A stretch of 64,000 nucleotides of DNA from Stegostoma tigrinum (GCF_030684315.1 NC_081355.1:57707909-57771908), one strand, 5' to 3'. Shown: positions 1 through 14,335, numbered from the stretch's first letter. Translations and numbers: made by a program. The notes: generated from the sequence alone by a model not told the origin.

Positions 1-593
1 ATGGGGAAGTACAGGATCAGTTGTGTATTAAAGCTGCTCCATTTAGAGGATATGAAATTATCATGAAATATTCATCACTGACAAAAGACGAAATCTACAA
101 TGCATCGATTACGCCGATGTGTAGATGAAATTGCAGTTATTTGCAGTAGTATTGTGCCGACCTGCATCAGTGTTTTAAAATAATCATTCAGCAGCGTATA
201 TACACTGCCAGGAAATCTGAAATTGATCATATTTAATTTAAACGTGAACTTGATCGTTCTTCGAGAAAAAGAAGCAAATCTAATGTATTACGTTACATTC
301 ATTAAATTCCAATTAACACAAGGTTAAGGAAGAATGATTCAATGTTTGCACGGCAGAGTATTAGAAGGCTGCTCTTCGCAAAATAATATACAAAGTTGTA
401 CCAGTTTGAAAACGGTCTCTCGGAAAAAAAACATTTGCTATTCATTTTTTTTTAAAAAACATCGTTATTGTTGACAGAAAACATGCCATTTCACTGTTCG
501 CCTTAGGAAATCAAAACATTTCACAACTACGTGATTATTAAATAACTGCGGTTTCTTTCCAAACCAGCGACAGAACTCACTGGCGAAGAGGAT

Positions 594-677
594 AACTGCA
601 GTAATTCAGGCAGTTTCGTGTTGTAGAGATAGACTTGAGCCCCAACAACATGAAACTACCTAAATCACACATCAGCT
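594..677 (-). ncRNA. mir-196: mir-196 precursor at the HoxA9-HoxA10 position (mir-196b locus)
   Basis: Minus strand 662..641 reads TAGGTAGTTTCATGTTGTTGGG (mature miR-196-5p). The complementary arm CTACAACACGAAACTGCCTGAA is at 626..605. Located just 3' of HoxA10, the known position of mir-196. Confidence 0.97.
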
Positions 678-1774
678 CTATCTCGGCTCTTTAGATTCCT
701 ATCATTGTACACACAGAGGACAGTCTAAATGTAAATTCAACAAGCTTACCAAACCAAAAAAAACAGTATGTCGTTTCTCGTCACAACCTCGCATGCAGTT
801 TACCAGTTACGAAATACGTTGCTTTAACCTGCAATGTTGTGGGTCCCTGAAATAATTTCCCAAGTAATTCAGTTCTTGCGTTCCAGGCAGGAATCGTATT
901 CAAATGAATGGATTTAATTGTAAATTCAGCACGAGAATAATTGTTGGTTCCCCACTAAAAATGGCGGGTTCTTTATTATCGCTGTGCAGGATTTCACGCG
1001 ATCTGAATGCATGTCATTCACTCTAGTGATGATAAGCCATAGCAACTTGTCTGCACTGCAATTATCACGAGTTCAAGGTTTGTCCGAATAAAAGAGCTAG
1101 TCAGATGACATAGCCTTTCGAGATAAATTTTCTTTCCCCCCACCAACCTTGTTCCCAACCCCTCTGCCAAAAAAAGACGACATGGTAACTTCAACTCTTA
1201 TCTATGAAAAACACTATTTTAATTTTAAAAGATAATAGATACAAAATAATGAGAAATAACCTCTTACCTATCAGCTTAAAATATAGGATAATAGGCCTAT
1301 GCATTCGTTCATTTTACAGATCTTACCTTCATCGTAAATGTGTCCAAAGGTCTTATCTGCTGCTTTTTTTCGATCCCTCACTCTGTTCTGATTTTAGCCG
1401 ATTAAAAGATCTGAAACTGTATTGTGCTCAGAGAAAGTCAATTTCCTACATCCGAGCCGTGCTCTGCTTCCTCTGTCTTCGTGGCTGTTCGCTCAACTGA
1501 AACCACTCGTCCAAGACAGCAACAACCCAGATATACTAGCAAGTCATAAAACTCAACAAAAGCCGACAAACGTTACAGCACCATTGCTATATAGCCCAGA
1601 CAAATTACGACCGTCTAGGTAATATTTAAATAGATTGTAACGGTAATTGCCAGTCTTTACACCCACCATTCCTGCTGTAAGCTTCCTCAACAGACAAGGT
1701 AAGAAAGAAATCGAACACGAAATGAGATAAAACAATATGCATGTACCTATCTCAAAGCACTCCGACCAAATACG

Positions 1775-1780
1775 TTTATT
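1775..1780 (-). terminator. candidate HoxA10 polyadenylation signal AATAAA
   Basis: AATAAA on the minus strand ~0.7 kb after the HoxA10 stop; position only, no transcript evidence. Confidence 0.45.
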
Positions 1781-2481
1781 CATCTTTCATGAAAACACAA
1801 GTTTTGAAAACGTACACAGTGCAGCAGCAATAGGATTGAGCAGTATTTGAGTCTTCAAGTGAAAGCATTTCATCTTTGCAAACCCAAATGAATCAATTCT
1901 TTTTTTTCTAAATGTGAAATAACGGCAGTGAATAAAAGGTCCGACGTTCAACTCTTCTGTCCTTGCAACAATGTTTCACATTTAAATGTGATCTGATGTC
2001 TCAGTTTATGGTATGTGATATCTTTACTTAACAACACACTTTACAGCATATTCACATTTAACTTCTATTAACATGTCAGTATACGGTAGGTACTTATTTT
2101 GGAATTATTTTAACAGCATGGGTCATCTGTATTCAGATATTACAAAGTTTGATTTACTTAGCTGATAATTGGTAATTAGCACAATTAAAAAGATTGTTGT
2201 CAGGTCCCGTCCCCCCCCCCCCCCCCCACGGTTGTTTGGAAAAATCATCATACAGGGCGATAACTTCTGTTCATGCCTTACTTATCAGTGGCAACACATT
2301 ATATTATAGTTACAGAAACAGACTACCGCCACAAATAAAACAAAACACGTAAATCGTAAATATCTACAACCAGCACAAGGCTGAGGAGTCAGAGGTAAGT
2401 GGAAAAGTTTTTAGTCTTTTAGTGACACTAGCACAGCTTCCCGATGTCCCTTTAAAATCTGTAAACCAGTGTTTGTGTTTA

Positions 2482-2756
2482 TCATGAAAAGCTGAAGTTA
2501 GCTGTAAGCTCCCGAATCCTGTTCTCACGGTTCATTTTCTTGAGTTTCATCCTGCGGTTTTGAAACCAGATTTTGACCTGTCTGTCAGTCAGGTGGACGC
2601 TGCGGCTAATCTCTAGGCGACGCTCTCGAGTCAGGTACATGTTGAAGAGAAACTCTTTCTCCAGCTCCAGGGTTTGATGTTTGGTGTAAGGGCAACGTTT
2701 TTTTCTGCCACTCTTTGCAGTCAGCCAGTTGGCCCCATTTTCAGCTTTCACCTCCC
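2482..2756 (-). CDS. HoxA10: HoxA10 exon 2 (homeodomain)
   Basis: Long pyrimidine tract, then tag|GG GAG GTG. Encodes [82 protein letters not shown]; TGA at 2484..2482. Confidence 0.97.
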
Positions 2757-4175
2757 CTATTAAGTAAAGGGGTGAGAAAGAGAGATAGAAAAAGGTAGAA
2801 AGTAGAGAGATAAGCAGAGAGAGGCGAGATAGATGGAAAGAGAGGAAGAGAAGAAAGTTTATCATGTTTCGTAATGTAATCTTCAATACTTGTGGTAGGT
2901 TGGTGATTTTAGTTGCAACCTTTATTCTACGGTGTCACTCGATCTACAAATGTTTAAGTTGCGTTATGAAATAGATAAAATGCTACGTCTTTGAATTAGC
3001 AATGTTAGTGGATTCCATGGCACTACTTTTTTTTTAGTTAGAATTGTACAATTTATCTTGTCAGCACCCACTGAGTACATACACATAGGGAGTAAACAAA
3101 TAAGATTTTCACTGAATTTGTGACTGAAACGGATCTGTGGAATACATTGTGCAAGAGCGAGCTGTAGGCCCATTTAAATCGAAAATAAAATTTGTTTGAA
3201 ATTCTGTTTGGATGCTGGTATATACGCGTGATTTTAAATTAATCCCTAACCTTGTTATGTACTTGGGATGACACTGTCTATTTTATTTGATTTTGCAAGA
3301 ATCTCGTTCATTATCCTATTTAATACTTGTGGATTCTGAATTAATCATTAGTTATCCACTTAAAGAACTATTTTCATGCAATTTTCAGTCAAAGTTCAAT
3401 ATTTTGCTTAACACTGGTAGGCGTGTCTTTCCCTCTTTCCTTCATTTCCAATTTATTTCAGCCGCGTGTCTCGCCATATTTAAAATCTGTGCTTCACTAC
3501 TGCTTTAGCCTGAGGAAATCATGCAAACTGTTTCGTGCACGTAAGCAACCCAAACTGAACAGACTGAAGTATTTTGCTGTTCGCTGGAATGTTTTCAGCT
3601 ATTTCAACGCCTCTTCGGTTTACTTCATTTGAAATAACTTTCCCTTTTTTTCCGAAAGTTCTATAAAGACAAAACTAACCATCTTCACAGTTTGATGGCG
3701 TTTCAGTTGCATTAGTATCGTTTATTTGATCACCTGGATTTCTGACACAGCAAAAACTAACGATTAAAAACATTTAGAGCTTCAAATGTGTTCCTAATTA
3801 TATACAATGTGCAGTAATAATGCACTGGTAACTAGCATCAAATATCTCGCAAAAGACTTCTATATCAGCCTTTCGTACTTTGGAAACTTTTTTCTAAATT
3901 TTTCAGGTTTTTTTCCTTGAAAAGATCTCTAGAACATAAAACATCCCTGGGTTCCTTCGAGTATTATTTATTGGCTGTGTTCTGTTTACTTTGGACCCTG
4001 TGTGCAAATATGTCCTTCTATGCGGTACGTTTAAATGACTGCAGAAAGGATTCGTGGTTTGTAACTTATCTGACAAGTTTAGACTGCGGCTACAATTGAC
4101 TCCGGAGCGTGGGCTCGTGCTATAAACTATAGTAGGCATTAATTTTTACAGCATAGCTCACGCCCAAAAATAAAA

Positions 4176-4189
4176 AGTTCACAAGGTCA
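4176..4189 (+). promoter_or_regulatory. DR2 nuclear-receptor (RAR/RXR-type) element in the HoxA10 intron
   Basis: AGTTCA-CA-AGGTCA, a perfect RGKTCA direct repeat with 2-nt spacer, ~100 bp from the exon 1 donor. Confidence 0.55.
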
Positions 4190-4291
4190 GAATAAAACCC
4201 TCTTTGTTATCCCTGTTGGCTGTACCTGCCACGTCTCCCCGCTTCTGAGTGCGAGCTGTATAAATTCCCCTCGGCCTTTTTATTTACCTAC

Positions 4292-5051
4292 CTTTTGTTT
4301 CTTTCTCAGGAGAGTGTTTACTGCTTTCTGAGGGGACAGGAGATGACTCCTCGTTCGCTGAAGAAGCCGGAGCTTCTGACTCTTCTCTTTCCGAACCGCA
4401 GGTTAAATGACCAGGGGATGTCCCTTCACTTCCTTTTCTCCCCAACTCAGTCGGGGTCGAAGCTGAAGAAGGGGGTGTTCCATATCGGATCTGGGATTGG
4501 GCTACAAATGGAGAGGTCCCAACCTGCCCCGTGTTGTTATAAAGTGTCTGTTTGGATGTCGGGTAGGCTTGGGACAGACGGAAATAGCCGGGGACAGGAA
4601 CCCCGCCGCTAGTAGTAGTGTCACTATTGGAGCACGATTCAGATGTTAGCCTTGGGAACGTGGAAAGATCTGTTGCTGCTGAGCTTTTAGGACATTTCTC
4701 TGAATCATACAAACAATATGCATTCTCCTCTTTGATATTCTGGGGGAAGGAACATGCTGCCACTTGCTGGGTTGCAGGTTGCTCCATACGACAGGACCTT
4801 GGGGGATCTGACCAGACCTCCATCCCGCTCATGTAAGGATGAGAAGTCAGGACCATACTCTGAGAGTTGTTCTCGCTGCGTTTGCTGAGGGATGGGAAAA
4901 GTCCACAGTTCTGCGTGCCGTAAGAGAGCTCAGAGGCAGACGGCAGGTATACACTGCTGTTGGGGTAATAGGCTCCTTCCCCGCCACGGCCCACGCTGAT
5001 CAGAGAATCTACTAAAAAGGAGTTTGCAGACGGACTGTCTGAGCATGACAT
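4292..5051 (-). CDS. HoxA10: HoxA10 exon 1
   Basis: MSCSDSPSANSFLVDSLIS N-terminus, IKEENAYCLYD and VPVPGYFRLSQAY motifs. Phase-1 donor AAA G|GTAGGT joins exon 2 in frame (344 aa total). Confidence 0.96.
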
Positions 5052-8000
5052 TGTTGTGGGGTAATTTGGCGAAAGCAGAAGCTATCCAGTTCAGGCTGAC
5101 ATTTCTTGTGCAAACACGCTGAATATGATTAGAGATACCTCCGCAGCACGACAGGCGGGATGGGCCAATCGACTGGCAGAGTTGGACAGAAGCCCCTCCT
5201 CCACGGAGGGCTGCGTCACTGGAACTGCAATAAGGTCACCATATGTAATCGGTAAACTGCAAAAGCGTCTAAATGCATCTTTATTTACTCGGTTCTACTT
5301 TATTAGAAATACTTCCTTCGAATAAAATAGGAAAAAAAACGGGAGCTCTAACATGTCGCACAAGATCAACGCAAGTTTCAGCAAATCCATAAAGCGGCCT
5401 TACTGAAACATAGCAACAATCATTTTCATATATTAAATTACTTGCGTATGAAGTTGACAGAGATGAAACTTTTAGCTATGCTATTATGCACTTTTCATCG
5501 TGATCTAAACTTGCCTGGCATTTACAGGCGAGAAACCAGTAGTAATCTTGACTTTCACGGTCTGCCTGTGATTAGCTATAATGGTTGCTGCTCCATTTTC
5601 ACAGTAAGCACTATCATGCGGATCAATATTGGGGCTTTATTTAATTTTTAAGTTTCAGTGCATTTCTTTCACGCGTCTGTTTCAGAATCACAACGAGACA
5701 GAAAGCCCTTAAGATTGCATTTGTGTTTTGCTGTTTGCAGTCTGAAGTTTAACAGCTTAATGCGATGCGCTGCAGCTCTGTGGTTTAAGTGTAGAAGGTC
5801 AGTGACAACAAACTAATAAAGCAACATAACCTATTTCTTTACTCCCCTCGTCTATTTCACCAGCGTGGCATCTCGAGCATTGACCACTTCTGATATTTCA
5901 TACTTACCATTTCAAGAAATCGAAAACATTTCTTTCACAATGCATTAAGCATTGCGGTCTTCGACTGTCCGAGCTACAGTAGAGAGCATTTACCACATCT
6001 ATAAAATCGATCCCATCATTTCGACTTAAAAAGGGAAAACAAGACTGTTAAACAGAACTTTACGAGGCCCTTAACTACAAACCGGTCAAGTTTAAAACAA
6101 GGCGCGGAAACAAAACCTTCGTTCACAGTTTTTCTCTCCACCCTATCAAAGGTAACTATTGGAGCTGAAGAGATCAGCAACAACAACAAAACTGCAACTG
6201 CACTGTGCCCTTTGCAGAAAGGGAGCCGGAGCTTCGGGTTGTGAACTTTTCTTTCCAAGTGAGGTGGCGTTCAAGGACAAATATAGACAAAGTGACGCTA
6301 AAATTCTTAATATCGGTGCCGGTAGAAGTTAAGTGAGATAAAAATTAAGAACTGTTCCCTCTCCACCAACCAACCCCCACACCCGGCCAAAGATTATCAC
6401 GGCCAAAAGAAACGTACGTGTTTATTAGAATGTGCGCTCCATTTCTCTCCGAATTGGTGAGTTTGTGGAATATCTGTACAATGTGACATATATCAACGCG
6501 ACTCCGAAAAGGAGACATGTTTTTTTCTGTTTTGTTCGGCCACCTCTGCAATCAAGTGCAGCCAGCAATGACGCTCGCAAATGTAGTCTTTGGGCTGGTA
6601 CCGGGAGTAAACAGTGTGATTTCACAGTGACAAAAGACTTAATCTCAGTCTCTGGCATTGCTGCTTTTTACTAAGAGTCAATTTGAAACCGCCCTCGAAT
6701 TCTGGCCTCACCGCGAGCAAAACCCGCTTCGGCACCATTATTTCCACTGTTGTTACTTTAACTCTAGCGCTGAATTAAAGTGCAAACAAAAGATGCTGTT
6801 AATCTAAAGCAGGTTATTCAAAATATCGTCTGTGGTAAAGTCAGTGGGATATGAAGGCAGGCTTTACACGCACGGTGTTTGCTAAGGGGCCGTCTCAGAG
6901 GATTCCTTAGTCTTGCTTTTTTTTAGCACAAACAACTGCTTAGAATTATCACGGTCGTCCAGAAGACCTATAAAAACTTAAATGTGCTGTATCAAAAAAT
7001 GAAAATATTCCATTTTGCAGTCCCACTGTGCCTATGACACGTATGATCATGGGAGCATACAAAGATTTAATGGGAGGGAAATAACAATTGTCATCTATAC
7101 CAGTCTCATATATAAAGACTCAAGCTACTGTACACCAGTGCTAACTAGCAGCACTGTAATATATTGAAGTCGGAATATTTATCTGGTTCTTGGGGTAAAT
7201 ATATCATTGCTTAATATATTGATTCCATATTTGGATAATTTTATTGGTCTACTTTTGGATCGGCAATGGGCTTGAAGGTTTATAACCCAGTTTCCCAGTA
7301 AAACTGTAATGTAGATAGTAGATTGGTCGCTGCAATTTCTAGGGGCACTGCAGTCCTTTCTGAAGTTTATTGGTAGGAATGGGGTGAGGACAGTGTGGCT
7401 GCTGTATACATTAAAAACACACGCACTGGAAAGTAATTGAAGCAGCGAGGATTTGCGGGGAAAAGTTTCTTTCTCAGTTTCTAAGATGTCGTAACTACAC
7501 ACTGCGATGTTGTTAACAGTCAAGAAATATGATTAACTCTGCCGAGAAGGAGACAGACAAGATGAAATGACTTGATCGTAACATGACAAGAAAAAGATTT
7601 AAGAAATAGCTGTAGAAAACGTCAAAACCTGTATGTTGTGCAATATTTCTGCGGTCGTAACACGTTCCCTTTGACATAAGAAAGAATAACGAAGACCATT
7701 TTCTTTTCGTCAAGCTGTATTGCTCCGATTATTACAAGAGTTCTCCATTTCTCCTCCAACGAGCCAGCAATAAACAAACGTCTCGAATGAGGTAAACAAT
7801 ACGTTCTCCAGCTACTGGCCAAAAAGCGAACGTGGAAGGCGGTAGAGCGAGTGGTCATTCTGTAGCAAAAAATGTGATTTCAAAGCCTGAACAGATCAGG
7901 ATGACCGCACTCAGAGCTTGGTCTCGTTCTTAGCCTAGATCGTGAACTTAAGACTGAAAGCCAGACAGAATAAGCCTTTCACTTTGTTTTGCTAAATAAA

Positions 8001-11000
8001 GATTCGAGAAGTCTCGTATACTCACGCTCGAGCTTACTTCCAATTACTTATGTCTAATTTCATCAACAAAATCTATGTAACACTTTGTGAAGTTTTAAAC
8101 GTAAAAAGAGCCTCACCCTTCAAGTGTACTGTAATTCGTCATTGTATGCGCGCGCTGTAAATTCCTTTCAGTCTACCAACTAGAACAAGGAGCTGCCATC
8201 GACAGACTCTCTTTCAACGCGTACCCTCTTGATTAGAAAAAAACAAATCCAGTTCTCTAAGATGGTTTTACGCTGCTGGAAGGTCGAAGAGAGATGAATG
8301 TTTTGAAACTAAGTCCAGAAACAATGGCGCCCTTTAACTTGCTTTGCATTAATCGGTTTTACAGTTAGACATCTGAGACCACTGTCCACTTTGTCCCTGA
8401 GAATATTTTTGCAAATAGATTTTTCAAAGTGTACTTTAGGAACATGTGCAAACTAAGTAAATGAGTAAACGCTGAAGACTGGAAAGGCTGCGGTATTTGT
8501 GTTTCCGTTCTCTATATACAATGTTAACAACACGAAATGTATTAAAACAAAACGCTACACTTTTTCAAAGTTAACTAAGAGAAATATATCCAGATTTTAC
8601 TCATGAAACACAAATTAATGAATACAGGCGGCAGTCAGGACGGTTAAAAGGAAAAAAAAAGAACTTGCTGTATTCACTTACCTCACCAAATCTGCAATCC
8701 TAATTATTTTAGTAAATTACTACCAAAGCATTCTAATTCAGAAAACCGCTAAATGAGGCTAACCGCTAACTTAACACTCGGTCTAAAAAGAAGAATAGCG
8801 TTAAAGCAGGGAGAAGCAAATAACGTCGTTTAAATAATCTTTTTACAAGTGCATTCCAATATAAAGCAAACAGAACAGAATCAGTAAACCCTAAAACCTG
8901 CTATGATAGACAGGAAGTTTGTATAAAATATACAGCAACAACAAAAATCAGTACAAAACTGCTTAACGCGTAGGTATGGCAAAATATTCATCCAGAATTT
9001 AACAAAACATAATTGCTTCGATAAATTAATGAAGGTGCGTTAAGTAAAATCCAAATATATTTTTTCTGTTTTATTTTAATATATGTCAGTTCAGTTATTT
9101 TACTTCTCTCACAATTATATATGAGGAGACACTTTAGAAATAAAGAAAAAAAACAAAGAAATAGGAATGGAACTAAATGAATTGAAATGAATAAACTGCG
9201 TTTAAAAGTGAACAGTAGACAACATTTCGCAAGGTAAGCTTCCTAAATGTGAAGTTAAGTACCTATGGTCATAATGAAAATTATTGTCGTTTATACATCA
9301 TTTTATACTTACACCAACAGTTTCTGGCGATCAAGGTTGTTCAATTAAAAACTCTTCTAACAATTGAAAGAAAACGTTGTGATGGAATTAGATTGGAGGA
9401 ACCTTGTTGTCAGTGTTTCAAATCTATTACCCAAACTGAATAGTGTGAATTATTTCCTGTGCTATATTCTGAATGGCATGTTGTTACCGGTTCCTTTAAA
9501 AAAAACGAGAAGTTTTGGGATAATTGAGATCTGAATTCCCCTTCAAGAATACAGGTGAAACGGTTCAGATTGCAGAAACTATGCATAGCTAACAGGAGCA
9601 GAAACATTGAAAAGCGTTTACACGCTCAGATATATTCTTGCTTGACACTTTATAATAAAAGAGCTTTCGACTGAATTTTGTTGAAACACGCAGACAGCTT
9701 TCGCTTATTTGAAAACATAAGCTGATGTTAATTTGTATAACTTACAATCGGAACCTGAAATTCTGATTTTACTTGATATATTCTGATGTAATTGAGTGCA
9801 CAGATTTTTCTCCCCGCTGACGGAATTGCTCACTGGCTTTCTTTCCCTCTCTAAAGCCTCAGCCTCCCATCCAACCACAACGACACCAACCCCCCCCCCC
9901 CCCCCACCTCCCCAAAAAAGCAGTACAATTTAGTCGTTTAGGCCACGGTGAAGGTGACGCAGCGGGGGTCAGGTCACAAGCCAAAAGAATGCCTATGCTG
10001 TGTATCACGTCGAAAATAAAGTCTCGGTGTAAAATATACAATTACAACAAATTTCTCACATTAGTCTCCTGTGTGGAACTGCACTGATTGCAACGCTATC
10101 ATTCAATAGTTTGATACCCCCCAACAAAGAGGTACTTGTGGTTTTGATACTCAATTTAAAGTCGTTCAAAACCATAACGGAACCACAAGACTTTTAGGGG
10201 AAAATGCAGGATGACTTCAACAAATATGAACTGCGCACATGATAGTTCTGTTTAATGTATAGCTTCAATGGTCCAGAATTAAGTAAACGTTAACTTCCAT
10301 TAACATCTTCGATTCCATCTCCCTCTTTCAAACAAAGAACATACTGTAACCAGTGCCCCCAAATGTTTCAGTTTATTGCCTTCGAAACAAAGTTATCCTT
10401 TACCGAAATGTTTTAAAGGTACATTATTGTCTTGCTTGCGTAATCCAAATTAAGTAGTTACATAGAGGAATTCTGTAGGGAAAGAACTGCTTGTGGGAGC
10501 TAATAACAAAATGCCTTCGAATCTGAATTATACTAAAACTTAGTAGCTCCAAAGATGAATAACTGTGACAATGAGCATTCACTGAAATAGCAAAAGAAGG
10601 AATTAACTAGCCTTTAAAAATTGACGAAAGTGCAATTAAACTTTGGGGTGTCTAGACAGTTCTATTTTCCGAAGAGTTAAGTGAAAGTTCATAGCGGCAG
10701 GTCGGGTTAATGTTTGTTCTATGGTTCCTCTTACGGTTTTTATTCATTCTTCACCGTTGCAAAATACTGCCGGTCTCATTTGCAAAATCTTTATTTATTC
10801 CATGGCTTATTAGCAGAATCATTTATTCATATATTAATGAGACCCTGAACTATATAACGAAGGTTTATTCCTTGTAAATGACTAAAATTGTTATTTCAGC
10901 AACTGCGAAAGATGCAACTCTTTTTCGAATATTTTCCTAACAAACCTAAAGAGGAGTTGCTGAAAATGTCTTTTTCTAAAACAAATGGCCTTTCAATAAC

Positions 11001-11183
11001 TAGGTTACCACTGACATTGAATGTCTATTGTAGGCAAAACATTGCCTTTAGCAATCGAGTCTTATTATATGTTGTCTTGATTAACTTTTGATCTACAAAA
11101 CCATTTGCTCTGAAATACAAACGTGTACATTTTCAAAGAGCGGAAATCCAGAATCACTGGTATGGTGTGCAAGTGTTGATTCA

Positions 11184-11202
11184 AGACCCAGAGGGCGCTG
11201 TA
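11184..11202 (+). promoter_or_regulatory. candidate CTCF site between HoxA10 and HoxA11
   Basis: GACCCAGAGGGCGCTG resembles the CTCF core CCASYAGRKGGCRS. Confidence 0.4.
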
Positions 11203-13157
11203 ACTTAAAGTGGGTTTAGCTTCCAACCCGCATGCAGAAAATATTGAGGCTCTGCAGTTTCTTGTTGGGAATCTACTTCATGCCATGTATCAAACGCCAG
11301 ATAGCATTCTAATAAAATAATTAACATGTAAAATTAGGAACTGCCATTTTTGTTCTATTGCCTAAAACAAAGGAAATATCGGAAAGGCAGAAAATCATAT
11401 TACAAATAAACACTGAACAGTATCAAGGTTTAAAAACTGAGTAACTTGGAATTTAACCAAACCAATGGATTAGATTAAAACCAGGCGACAATTCATGCTT
11501 AGTTTTTCTTTTTGCCATGTTTCTTACTAGATAAGCGCTGTGACGCAAACACACACATACGAAAGCATACTGTGAACAAAAATACATTTTTATATGAATT
11601 TCCTTTCAGCACATTGTTTTAAACAGTTCAGCCTAATAATACCTATTGGAAATAGTGTGTCTTAAGTAATTCTTATCACGGCCACTTATTCGAAATTATT
11701 TATGTCGAAAGCAATGTTGGATTGAACAAATCTGACCGGTTTCTCGGCAGATGCAATTTAAGATCAACAAGTAGAATGCTCACATGAAATCTGTTTCCAA
11801 AAGCCACGCAAATCGTGTTACTTTAGTTAATAAGTTCAGAATTATATTAGCGAGTGTTTTCAGTTCAATTTTTAAAAGGAAGCTGTTTCTTTAAGGCCTT
11901 TAGAGATTAGCTTTTTGTATATTTATTTCTTTAAATGAATTTCAAAAATATGCAGACAGATACATGCTGAATATATAACATTAATTTCTGCATTATGTGA
12001 CGCCTGAAGCGAAAAAAAACTGATGTTCTTTGAATTTAAAAAAGTGTGCAGCGAAGGAGAGTATTTCTTTATATCTAGAAGTCAACGTTTAACCGAAGAG
12101 AAACGGGACTTTGTCCGACTAAAGCATATAAATAACAAAATTCAAATTAGTCCAGGCAAGCTTCCCGACGCACTCTAAGCTTTAACATTCAATCAATATT
12201 TAAGAAACGAAAAAAACCCGCGGGAACGGGTCATATTTTTAAATAAGCGGATGCCTTTTGTGCAAACCAGAGGCTCACAATGAGAGACGACTGCCTGCAA
12301 TTTGCAGGAACGTGTTGTAAATTGAACTCAATCGTCAAGATTAACAGACAAATATTTTGTTTTTTTTTCCTGATATTTTAAATAAAACATCTGATTATTC
12401 GGGGATCCAAATCTCGGTTCTTTAGAAACAAGCGTAATTTAGATTTGCAAATCAAACTGAGAGAAAAACAGATCTATCGCTGTTTTGTGGCAGCATTGTG
12501 CTGAAATATAATACAATGGGGATCGGTCAATATAACGCAAAAACAGAAGTAAAATTAAAGGAAAGATAATGCAAAAGCTAAGTTCTTGAATTAAACATTA
12601 CATCAATGACGAACGAATATGGCAATTCATTTTACATGTTGTTGTTATAAAATGATTTCCTAGAAGTGTTTTATTTCTACAGTATTGTGAAAACGAAGAT
12701 TTCAAAGCTCAAGTCGAATAAAAACTGTGCGGCTCCCCTTTCCCGAAGGTTTTTGGGCGAAATAAACCGCATTTCGAAAGGAACTTTAATCCCTCCAATC
12801 TTTAATTGTTACACTAACGTAAAATCAGTGATGTTTCGTTGAGAGTTTAATTACATTTATCAAGCCGATTGAAAAGCCTGTAAAGTGTTAGATGAATTTT
12901 GGTCCAACAAAACGTCCATGTTGTATCTACATGGACTCTAATCACCTACCTTTGTTAGCAAAACGATTATTTTGAAGCTATTTTAGGACATTTCCAATGT
13001 ATTTGGATTTAATTTATCATTCGAAGTCCTTCAGCATTCAATTCGGATTTAAAAACGAACATACTTCTTTTGGAACTCGAGCTTTGGAAAAAAGATAGAC
13101 CAAATATTTCTCCTTACAGATTTTTGCTGTCCTACAGCGGCTTTGACATTGATCTGA

Positions 13158-13177
13158 CTGGCGCCACCATGTGGTCT
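13158..13177 (-). promoter_or_regulatory. candidate CTCF site between HoxA10 and HoxA11
   Basis: Minus strand CCACATGGTGGCGCCAG is a near match to CCACNAGGTGGCGC. Confidence 0.5.
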
Positions 13178-14335
13178 GAACGTCCTGTTGAAATAATTCA
13201 TTGTCACAGTTCTACGGTGTGGCAACACAAAAATCTACAACGAGCCCGGAAAGACATCTCGACCGGCAGGGCCCCTAAAATCGAATAGTTTGATTCCGTT
13301 AGCCGCATTTTGAATTTTGAACGTATCGCGGTACTTTGAACTGTGTAAAGAGCGAGTTTAAAAATTGGGTTTATGGCTTGTCCTACTAGTAACCACAGCA
13401 ACAGAGACCATCCCTTGTCATTTGCCTTGAATGCCACAGCCCCTTAATCCGGTACAACGTTAGCCTCAACTCCCTCCACCGTGTAGTTAAAATATACCCT
13501 CAAAGTTTTAATCGCAGATAGAACTATTCAAAATTAAAACAACCTCACACACAACAATAAACTTCTGTGATAGCAGATCATAATTCGCTAGGATCTCTGT
13601 TAGTCCTCTTGGTCAATCGCTTATAGTTTGTATCGGATTCCGGCCACATCCGGCGGGAGTCTAAGCAGTGGATGGAAGCTTCAGAGATGATTGTCCCTTC
13701 ACCCCCAAAGGTTAGAGGTGACGTCCATGGCGTATCAGAAGTTCAAAGCCAGGAAACAAGCACGAAAAGGGAATACAAACTGGCATTAAAATATCGTAGT
13801 ACAAATGAAAGGTATTACTGTACAATCATTGTTAAAGTAGGTCCGTACAAGTCCAATCAAACGCGATGGAGTGCTCACCCATTAGAAAGATTAGATTGGC
13901 GGTATTCTCTACAGAACCAATTTTTCTACCTGCAAATTAAACTACATTTAGATTAATGCAAATCTGGCAATGTCAACCGATTTCGTCAAGCTATGTGCCA
14001 CGACATGCAGTCAATTTAGTCATGTAGAAGCGAACTGAAGTTACGTGATCATATATTTGATTTGAATTTCTACGTCTTCCAAAAAATAAGCCAAAGACAA
14101 GCATACAAATGGATTTAGGATGAAGTGGAATGTTACCAGCTTTAATGATTGTTGACTACGTACATGAAACACACAATAATACAGTTCTTTGCAGGTATTT
14201 TACTTTACGTCATGAATACCCGGCAAAGTTGAAGAAGCCTACATGGATCGTTCTCAAGAAGAAAAACATGTTTGTTTCTCAACCTCGAAACTCACTGTGC
14301 GATCTCTGGACGCGTACATGCAGGTCTTACACCCT

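Noticed and set aside
9600-10050. Possible upstream alternative first exon of HoxA10 (AAAGTGTCAAG resembles the mammalian MCQ exon end)
   Set aside because: No ATG and no GT donor; rests on recall only and needs RNA-seq.
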